A stretch of 31,823 nucleotides of DNA from Solirubrobacterales bacterium (GTDB lineage Bacteria > Actinomycetota > Thermoleophilia > Solirubrobacterales > Solirubrobacteraceae). Position 1 is the first letter of the stretch. Every line of letters begins with the position of its first letter. The position numbers were made by a program, and so were the translations under genes. Under the pieces are notes generated by a model. It was not told the origin of the DNA, searched no databases, and saw only the letters and a list, made by a program, of their open reading frames with translations. Shown in pieces: positions 25,517 to 31,823 of this stretch. Location of the stretch: positions 1-31,823 of the forward strand of contig JAOPZQ010000136.1 in NCBI GenBank assembly GCA_025964075.1. Reading direction: 5' to 3'.

Positions 25517-26517
25517 CACGTCCGCCACGACATGCCTCCCTCGAGCAGCTCGGCGAGCTCGGTGAGCGCCCGCCCGCCGACCGCCCCGTCGATGGCGCGG
25601 TGGTCGAGCGTCATCGTGACCGTGAGCATCGGGACCGCGACGCTCCCCTGCTCGCGCGGGACGAGGCGCTCGACCGTCCGCCCGACCGCGACGATCGCGC
25701 TCTCGCCCGGGTTGACCATCGCGGTGAACCGATCGACGCCGAAGCTCCCGAGATTCGAGAGGCTGATGGTCCCGTCCGCCATGTCCTCGAGCCCGAGGTC
25801 ACCCGCGCGCGCGCTCGCGACCAGGCGCGCGCGCTCGCGCGCGACGGCCGCGAGCGTGAGCTCGTGCGCGTCGCGGATCACCGGGACGACGAGGCCGCGG
25901 TCGGTCGCCACCGCGAGCCCGACGTTCACCCCGGCCCGGCGCGCGAGCCGCGGCGGATCGTCGCCGTCGCCGGGGACGAACGACGTGGCGAGCGCGGGAT
26001 GGCGCACCACCGTCTCCGCGAGCGCCTGGACGAGCATGTCGCCCAAGCCGGGGGCGCCGTCGAGTCGCGCGAGCTCGGCCTTGGCGGCGAGCAGCCACGT
26101 CGCATCGACGTCACGCGCGAGCGCGTACTGCGGGATCGCCTGGCTGATGGTCATGCGCCGCGCGATCGCTCGGCGCAGCGGCGAGAGCTCCTCGAGCGCC
26201 GCCGGCTCGGGCGCGCGCGCGGCTCCGACTCGCGCGCCGGGTGACTTCGGATCGGACTCGCCCTCGAGCGGCTCGTCGAGCGAGTCCGCGAGGAGGACGA
26301 GCGTGGCGCCGACCTCGACCGTCTCGCCGATCGCAACCTCGATGCGGCGCACGAAGCCGTCGCGGGGTGCGACCACATCGGTGTCCGCCTTGTCCGTCGA
26401 GAGCTCGACGACAGGGTCGTCCTTGACGACCTGCACGCCGACCTCGACCGGCAGCGCGACCACCACACCTTCCGTCACCTCCAGGCCGAGCTGCGGCATG
26501 ACGACCGCGGTGACCAA
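25516..26517 (-). CDS. dihydrolipoamide acyltransferase E2 (lipoyl plus catalytic domain; no recognisable subunit-binding domain), 333 aa
   Basis: TTG start with AGGAGG SD; MPQLG...STDKA lipoyl-Lys; SLSNLG and DHRAIDG catalytic motifs. Confidence 0.9.
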   Translation of the reverse strand: MVTAVVMPQLGLEVTEGVVVALPVEVGVQVVKDDPVVELSTDKADTDVVAPRDGFVRRIEVAIGETVEVGATLVLLADSLDEPLEGESDPKSPGARVGAARAPEPAALEELSPLRRAIARRMTISQAIPQYALARDVDATWLLAAKAELARLDGAPGLGDMLVQALAETVVRHPALATSFVPGDGDDPPRLARRAGVNVGLAVATDRGLVVPVIRDAHELTLAAVARERARLVASARAGDLGLEDMADGTISLSNLGSFGVDRFTAMVNPGESAIVAVGRTVERLVPREQGSVAVPMLTVTMTLDHRAIDGAVGGRALTELAELLEGGMSWRT

Positions 26518-26549
26518 TCCGGAGACCTCCTGTTTCGTCGGTTCGCGTG

Positions 26550-26660
26550 ACGCTATGAGCCGGCTTCGCGGTCACCTATCTCGATGTCGGTCGCCCCTTG
26601 TTGCTTCTCCAACTCACCCGCTCCGGCGCACCGAGGGGCCGGATCGCGCGGCGCGAGAAT
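26550..26660. promoter_or_regulatory. bidirectional promoter: central TTGT-N7-CCAA (26598-26612) with -10 TAGCGT (minus, 26550-26555) and GAGAAT (plus, 26655-26660)
   Basis: Both hexamers are exactly 42 bp from the palindrome. Confidence 0.65.
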
Positions 26661-26667
26661 CCGGTTC

Positions 26668-27666
26668 ATGTCCCACCCGGATCCTTCGGGGGCGCCGGTC
26701 GTCGACCCGGCGGCTTCGGCGCCCCTGGAGTCGCTGTTCGCCTCGATGGCCCTGATCCGCGCGTTCGAGACTCGCGTCGCCGAGCTCTACCGCGACGGCG
26801 AGATCCCCGGGTTCGTGCACACGTCGCTGGGACAGGAGGCGGTGGCGGCCGGCGTCGGCCTCGCGCTGCGGCCCGACGACTACCTCGCGACGACGCATCG
26901 CGGGCACGGGCACTGCCTCGCGAAGGGCGTCGACGTCGACGGCATGATGGCCGAGCTGTTCGCGAAGGCGACCGGGCTCTGCCGCGGCAAGGGCGGCTCG
27001 ATGCACGTCGCCGATCCCCGGCTCGGCGTCCTCGGGGCGAACGCGATCGTCGGGGCGAGCATGCCGCTCGCCGTCGGGGCCGGCCTGTCGAGCAAGCTAC
27101 GGCGCCAGGACCGCGTCGCCGTCGCCTTCTTCGGCGAGGGCGCCGTCAACCAGGGGATGTTCCACGAGGCCATGAACCTCGCCGCCATCTGGGATGCCCC
27201 GGTGGTGTTCGTGTGCGAGAACAACGTCTACGCCGAGTTCACCGACAGCCGCACGATGAGCCGCGTGCCGCGGGTCGCCGACCGAGCAGCGGCCTACGGA
27301 ATCGCGGCGTCGACGGTCGACGGCAACGACGTCGAGGCGGTTCACGCGGCGGCGCAGGAGGCCGTCGAGCGGTGCCGCGTGGCCCGTGGCCCGTTCCTGC
27401 TCGAGGCGGAGACCTATCGCTCGCACGGCCACTACGAGGGCGACGCGCAGCCCTACAAGCCGGCCGAGGAGTCCGACGCGTGGGGGGCGCTCGACCCGCT
27501 GAGCATCGCCGAGGGCCGACTCCTCGAGCGGGGCGCGGGGTCGGCCCAGCGGCTCGCTGCCGTTCGTTCGCGCGCGCGGGAGCGGGTCGAGGCCGCCGTC
27601 GAACGCGCCCGCGCGGCCCCGCCACCGGCGCCGGAGGAGGCGTACGAGCATGTCTTCCACGGCTGA
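26668..27666 (+). CDS. acoA: TPP-dependent dehydrogenase E1 alpha, acetoin dehydrogenase-like, 332 aa
   Basis: GEIPGFVHTSLGQEA, HRGHGH, GEGA...ENN TPP motif, GHYEGD; substrate not proven. Confidence 0.85.
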   Translation: MSHPDPSGAPVVDPAASAPLESLFASMALIRAFETRVAELYRDGEIPGFVHTSLGQEAVAAGVGLALRPDDYLATTHRGHGHCLAKGVDVDGMMAELFAKATGLCRGKGGSMHVADPRLGVLGANAIVGASMPLAVGAGLSSKLRRQDRVAVAFFGEGAVNQGMFHEAMNLAAIWDAPVVFVCENNVYAEFTDSRTMSRVPRVADRAAAYGIAASTVDGNDVEAVHAAAQEAVERCRVARGPFLLEAETYRSHGHYEGDAQPYKPAEESDAWGALDPLSIAEGRLLERGAGSAQRLAAVRSRARERVEAAVERARAAPPPAPEEAYEHVFHG

Positions 27667-28630
27667 GCGGGCGCCGCGGTACATCGACGCGATCAACCAG
27701 GCGCTGGCCGAGGCCATGGCCGAGGACGACACGGTCGTCGTCATCGGCATCGACGTGGGCGCCGGCGAGGGCATCTTCCGGGTGACGCGCGGGTTGTTCG
27801 AGCGGTTCGGTCCGGAGCGCGTGATCGACACGCCGATCAGCGAGATGGGCTACGTCGGCGCCGCGGTCGGCGCCGCCATGACCGGGTTGCGACCGATCGT
27901 CGAGATCATGTTCATGGACTTCCTCGGCGTGTGCCTGGATCCGATCATGAACCAGGCCGCCAAGCTCCCCTACATGACGGCCGGCGCCCTCTCGGTCCCG
28001 ATCGTCTTCCGCACCCAGACCGGCGCCGGGCGCAGCGCGGGCGCCCAGCACTCGCAGAGCCTCGAGGCGATGCTCGCCCATGTCCCCGGCCTCAAGGTGG
28101 TGATGCCGGCGACCGTCACCGACGCCCACGACCTCCTCCTCGCCGCCGTCCGCGACCCCGACCCCGTCGTCTACGTCGAGAACCGGCGGCTCTACGCGAC
28201 GCGCGCGCGCCTCGATCGGGATCCGCTCCCACTCGGCGTCGCCCGCGTCGCGGCGGTAGGGGAGGACGTCACCGTCGTCACGTGGGGTCAGTCGCTGCGG
28301 GAGTGCCTGACCGCGGCCGAGGGCGGGAGCCCGTCGCTCGAGGTCGTGGACCTCAGGTCGCTCGTGCCCCTCGACATGGAGACCGTCCTCGCGTCGGTGC
28401 GCAAGACGGGCCGCCTGCTGGTCGTGCACGAAGCCGTCCAGGACTTCGGCGCCGGAGCCGAAATCGCGGCTCGCGTCGCCGACGAGCTGTTCGACGACCT
28501 CCGCGCGCCGGTCCGCCGCCTGGGAGCGCCGGCCGTGCCGATGCCGTTCAGCCCGGACCTCGAACGGGCGCTGCTCCCGTCGGCCGTGGCGATCGCGGCC
28601 GTCGCCGAGAAGCTCACGCGCGAGAGTTAG
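27650..28630 (+). CDS. acoB: TPP-dependent dehydrogenase E1 beta, acetoin dehydrogenase-like, 326 aa
   Basis: DTPISEMG, EIMFMDF, AQHSQS, EVVDLRSL motifs; overlaps the alpha stop. Confidence 0.85.
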   Translation: MSSTAERAPRYIDAINQALAEAMAEDDTVVVIGIDVGAGEGIFRVTRGLFERFGPERVIDTPISEMGYVGAAVGAAMTGLRPIVEIMFMDFLGVCLDPIMNQAAKLPYMTAGALSVPIVFRTQTGAGRSAGAQHSQSLEAMLAHVPGLKVVMPATVTDAHDLLLAAVRDPDPVVYVENRRLYATRARLDRDPLPLGVARVAAVGEDVTVVTWGQSLRECLTAAEGGSPSLEVVDLRSLVPLDMETVLASVRKTGRLLVVHEAVQDFGAGAEIAARVADELFDDLRAPVRRLGAPAVPMPFSPDLERALLPSAVAIAAVAEKLTRES

Positions 28631-29849
28631 CAGCCCGCGACGCCGCCCGGAGTCCGGCGACGACGCCACGGTCGTGGAGGTCGCCGATCTCGGCGGGGCT
28701 GAGGTTCAGGACCTCGGCGAGGATCTCCTCGGTGTGCTCGCCGAGCTGCGGGGCGCGCTGGACGGGGACGCGGCCGTGCTGGGCGAAGTCGAGGGGCGAG
28801 CGGGGTGCGAGGTAGCGGCCGACGCCGGGGTGCTCGATCTCCTCGAACATCGGGTTGGCGACGGAGCAGCGGGGGTCCTCCTCGACGAGCTGGCGGAACG
28901 TCTGGTAGGGGCCCCAGGACACGCTGGTGCCGGCGAACGCCTCGCGGATCTCGGCGAGGGTCCGCGACTCGAACCAGGGGCGCAGGATCGCGGCGATCAG
29001 GTCGCGGGCCTCGTAGCGGCCGGTCTCCGTGTCGAGATCGTGGCCCGTCGCGCTCTCGATGCCGGCGTAGGCGTCGCCCGTGCCGGTGGCCTCGACGAGC
29101 GCGCGCCATTGCCGGGCGGTCAGGGCGACGACCATCACGCGGCGGTCGTCCGCGGTGACGAAGTCGTGGCCGAAGGCGCCGTAGAGGTAGTTGCCGTCCT
29201 TGCGCTGGTCGCGACCGCCGAGCTGGGCCTCGGCGATGCGGCCGAGGTTCCCGACCATCGCGAACGCGACGTCGGAGAGGGCGACCCGGACCAGCTCGCC
29301 GCGCCCGGTGCGGCCGCGCTGACGCTCGGCGGCGAGGAGCCCGACGGCCGCGAGCGTCCCCATCGCGACGTCCCAGGCGGGCAGGACGCTGTTCAGCGGC
29401 TCGGCGAGGTTGCGCGGCCCGGTCGCCCACGGGAACCCGGTGGCGGGGTTGACCGTGTAGTCGACCTCGCTCGTGCCATCGGGATTGCCGGCGAGCGCGA
29501 CCATGATCAGGTCCTCGCGGCGGGCGCGCAGCTGCTCGTAGGAGAGCCAGCCGCGCGCGGGGAAGTTCGTGAGCAGCGCGCCCGTAGCCTCGACGAGCGC
29601 GGTCACGAGCTCGCGCCCTTCGGTCGATCGGATGTCGACCTGGATCGAGCGCTTGCCCTTGTTGAGGCCCGCCCAGAACAGGCTCTGCCCATCGGCGGCG
29701 AGCGGCCAGCGCTGATGGTCGAGACCGCCGCCGATCTGGTCGAAGCGGATCACGTCGGCCCCGAGCTGCGCGAGCGTCATGCCGCCGAGCGGCGCCGCGA
29801 CGAACGCGGAGCCCTCGACGACGCGCAGTCCTTCGAGGATCCCGTTCAT
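28614..29849 (-). CDS. mct: mesaconyl-CoA C1-C4 CoA transferase (2-methylfumaryl-CoA isomerase), family III CoA transferase, 411 aa
   Basis: GLRVVEGSAFVAAPLGGMTLAQLGADVIRFD, SLFWAGLNKGKRS, SEVDYTVN, VLPAWD, GNYLYGAFG closely match Chloroflexus Mct as I recall it. Confidence 0.88.
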   Translation of the reverse strand: MNGILEGLRVVEGSAFVAAPLGGMTLAQLGADVIRFDQIGGGLDHQRWPLAADGQSLFWAGLNKGKRSIQVDIRSTEGRELVTALVEATGALLTNFPARGWLSYEQLRARREDLIMVALAGNPDGTSEVDYTVNPATGFPWATGPRNLAEPLNSVLPAWDVAMGTLAAVGLLAAERQRGRTGRGELVRVALSDVAFAMVGNLGRIAEAQLGGRDQRKDGNYLYGAFGHDFVTADDRRVMVVALTARQWRALVEATGTGDAYAGIESATGHDLDTETGRYEARDLIAAILRPWFESRTLAEIREAFAGTSVSWGPYQTFRQLVEEDPRCSVANPMFEEIEHPGVGRYLAPRSPLDFAQHGRVPVQRAPQLGEHTEEILAEVLNLSPAEIGDLHDRGVVAGLRAASRAANSRA

Positions 29850-30835
29850 GCCATCACCGCCACGAGGCGCCAGTCCAGCACGGGCTCCGCCGCGCGGGTC
29901 TCGACCCGCAGCTGGACGAGCGCGCCCGGCCCGCTCGACGTGACGGCTTCCACGGTCACGACGCTGCGCAGCACGTCGCCTTCGGCGACCGGCGCGAGGT
30001 GATCGCACGAGCGCCATCCGGCGACCGTGACCAGGTTCGGCAGCGCGCGCGTGGCATGCGCGAGGGCGACGCCGATCGTGTGGCCCCCGTAGACGAGGCG
30101 CTGCCCGCGCGCGCCCGGGTCGGTGTGGGCGGCGGCGACGTTGAGCGTGAGGCGCGCCAGCTCCGGGGCGGCGGTCACCGTGTCGCCGCCCTCGACGACG
30201 TAGCGGCCGCCGACGCTCACCCCGTCCGCGTGGAGTCCGGGAACGAGCTCGCGGAACGCGTCGAGGTCCCAGCTCGCGACGAGGTCGCCCAGCGCGCCGG
30301 CGGGCAGCTCGGCCGGGATCGCATCGAGGTCGTCGGCATGGCCGGGGCGGTTGGCCTCCTCGCGCAGCGGCAACATCGCGCAGCGGTGGAAATCCAGGAC
30401 CGGACGATCCTCCTGGTCGACGGTGCGGATCCGCAGCACGGCGAGCCCCGTCGGCGCGCGACCGGGCTTGGGCGAGGTGTCGCGCAGCGCGACGACCTCC
30501 GTGACCGTGCGCAGCGTGTCGCCGATCCGCGGCGCCCGGCGCAGGACCAGCCCGCGATAGAAGAGGTTCGCGATCACGCGCTGCGTAGCGACCGTCGACT
30601 GGCCGATCGCGACGTCGCACACGAGCCCCGGATGGGCGAGCGCCCGCTCGCCGGTGACTCGCGCGCACAGATGGGCGTCGAGCGGCAGGCGCAGCCGATC
30701 GCCGAGGATCGCCTGGTGCAGCGCCGCGTGGCCGTCGGTGAGCGTGAGCCCGGGCGCCACGTCGAAGCGGTGGCCGACCTCCAGGTCCTCGTACCAGGGA
30801 CCGGCGACCGGCTGCTCGCGCTCGAGGACCGTCAT
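29846..30835 (-). CDS. tandem MaoC/hot-dog acyl-CoA dehydratase (Mch-like), 329 aa
   Basis: GPWYEDLEVG, ANLFYRGL, GDTL first hot-dog; GGHTIG, GDVLRS second; ATGA-coupled to mct. Confidence 0.8.
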   Translation of the reverse strand: MTVLEREQPVAGPWYEDLEVGHRFDVAPGLTLTDGHAALHQAILGDRLRLPLDAHLCARVTGERALAHPGLVCDVAIGQSTVATQRVIANLFYRGLVLRRAPRIGDTLRTVTEVVALRDTSPKPGRAPTGLAVLRIRTVDQEDRPVLDFHRCAMLPLREEANRPGHADDLDAIPAELPAGALGDLVASWDLDAFRELVPGLHADGVSVGGRYVVEGGDTVTAAPELARLTLNVAAAHTDPGARGQRLVYGGHTIGVALAHATRALPNLVTVAGWRSCDHLAPVAEGDVLRSVVTVEAVTSSGPGALVQLRVETRAAEPVLDWRLVAVMA

Positions 30836-31698
30836 CCGGCCCTCGCCACGGTTCGCAGCGCGGCAAGCCGCACCGGCTCGTCGAGCATCTCGCCGTCGAG
30901 GCGGACCGCGCCACGGCCGTCGGCCGCGGCGTCCGCGAGGGCGGCGAGCACCGCGCGCGCATACTCGACCTCCTCCGGCGTGGGCGTGAACGCGGCCGTG
31001 ATCGGCGCGATCTGCGAGGGGTGGATCGCCCACTTCCCGTCGAAGCCGAGCTCCGCCGCGCGGGCCGCCGCGGCGCGAAGCCCCTCCTCGTCGTCGATCG
31101 CCAGATGCGGCCCGTCGATCGCCTGCACCCCGGCGGCGCGAGCCGCGGACAGCACCGCGTCCTGCACGGCCAGCCACCGATCCAGTGGCGCGGACCGCGA
31201 ACGCCCCAGCGAGACGGCGAGGTCGGCATAGCCGAGGACGATCGCCTCCAGCCGCGGCGAGCCGGCGGCGATCTCGTCCAGCGCCCGGAGCCCGGCGGCC
31301 GACTCCACGAGCGCCTGGACGCCGAGCGGCTCGGCGTGGCCCGCGGCGCGCTCGACGCCGTCGAGCAGCCGGTCGACGAACGCGAGGTCGCCGGCGCTCT
31401 CGACCTTCGGGATGACGACGCTCCGCGGCCGGCTCCCGGCGCCGCCGAGCGCAATCACGTCCTCGTGCGCCCACGGCGTCCCGGGCGCGTTGACCCGGAC
31501 CGACGCGACGCTCCCGCCGGCGAGCGCCGCCAGCGCCTCCGCGCGCGCCTCAGCCTTCCGCGCGGGCACGACCCCGTCCTCGAGGTCGATCACCACTTCG
31601 TCGACCTCGATGCTCCGCGCCTTCTCGAGCATCCGCGGCGAGCTCGCCGGCACGGTCAGGGCCGCACGACGCGGCTGGTCGAGAAGGCGCGGAGGCAT
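30832..31698 (-). CDS. CitE/HpcH-type CoA ester lyase (malyl-/methylmalyl-/citramalyl-CoA lyase-like), 288 aa
   Basis: LTVPAS, IDLEDG, VRVN, IPKVE, LVESAAG, LGYADL, GKWAIHPSQI. Confidence 0.88.
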   Translation of the reverse strand: MPPRLLDQPRRAALTVPASSPRMLEKARSIEVDEVVIDLEDGVVPARKAEARAEALAALAGGSVASVRVNAPGTPWAHEDVIALGGAGSRPRSVVIPKVESAGDLAFVDRLLDGVERAAGHAEPLGVQALVESAAGLRALDEIAAGSPRLEAIVLGYADLAVSLGRSRSAPLDRWLAVQDAVLSAARAAGVQAIDGPHLAIDDEEGLRAAAARAAELGFDGKWAIHPSQIAPITAAFTPTPEEVEYARAVLAALADAAADGRGAVRLDGEMLDEPVRLAALRTVARAG

Positions 31699-31716
31699 AC
31701 GACGGATGATCGCAAG

Positions 31717-31821
31717 TCACCGCTGCCGGACCGCCTGGTGCGCCGCCCGGACGCCCTGGCCGGCGGCCCGGACCCGGACGCCGTTGCTGCTCGCGGCGCG
31801 CGTGGCGGCGGCGCCGGTCGC
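31717..31821 (-). CDS. possible 3' end of an upstream gene (partial)
   Basis: Frame with all-G/C third positions ending in TGA at 31719-31717, 18 bp before the lyase start; low complexity. Confidence 0.3.
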   Translation of the reverse strand, partial: ATGAAATRAASSNGVRVRAAGQGVRAAHQAVRQR

Positions 31822-31823
31822 CA

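Noticed and set aside
23612-26755. 1047-aa plus-strand ORF, and similar long ORFs such as 15686-17821 and 3105-4655
   Set aside because: Antisense or off-frame shadows of well-supported genes; stop codons are scarce at this GC content and there are no family motifs
28614-31454. 946-aa ORF suggesting a giant CoA-transferase fusion
   Set aside because: Only 29849 onward is Mct; the upstream region is an alternative frame of the lyase and MaoC genes, which have intact ORFs and ATGA couplings
676-31698. Interpreting the cluster as a natural-product biosynthetic cluster or as steroid (KstR) catabolism
   Set aside because: No PKS, NRPS, terpene cyclase or RiPP core, and no kstD/ksh/hsa/ipd genes or canonical KstR2 box were recognised; enzyme types and operators fit an unknown catabolic substrate better
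1-31823. Mobile element, prophage, CRISPR array, tRNA or defence system
   Set aside because: No transposase, integrase catalytic domain, regularly spaced repeats, cloverleaf or nuclease motifs seen

Overview
Very GC-rich bacterial DNA, consistent with an actinobacterium (possibly Thermoleophilia/Solirubrobacterales; inferred from gene content, not verified). About 35 CDSs; I see no tRNA, rRNA, CRISPR array or transposase. The window holds a large catabolic gene set in two blocks (about 1-7.8 kb and 15.6-31.8 kb), separated by about 7.7 kb of unrelated regulatory and small secreted-protein genes. Left block: ABC substrate-binding lipoprotein, acetoacetate-decarboxylase-like (ADC) protein, two alpha/beta hydrolases (one EphA-type epoxide hydrolase), acyl-CoA dehydrogenase, F420-type luciferase-like oxidoreductase, cytochrome P450, KstR2-like TetR. 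Right block: nitroreductase plus a coupled 102-aa unknown protein, CoA ligase, SCP-x thiolase, second ADC-like protein, GAF-PucR/CdaR regulator, Zn-dehydrogenase, M20 hydrolase, SDR, an acetoin-dehydrogenase-like E1a/E1b/E2 set, and a CitE-like lyase / tandem MaoC / mesaconyl-CoA isomerase module. The strongest sequence-level result is regulatory. A TTGK-N7-MCAA palindrome lies 41-43 bp upstream of a -10-like hexamer in seven promoter orientations across both blocks. A CCGAC-N6-GTCGG operator overlaps the TetR promoter and the divergent promoters 12 kb away that drive the CoA-ligase operon and the activator gene. This suggests a two-tier repressor-to-activator cascade controlling an uncharacterised pathway, possibly epoxide/diol/acyloin cleavage feeding methyl-branched C5-CoA metabolism (inference). 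Several enzymes carry non-canonical active-site motifs.
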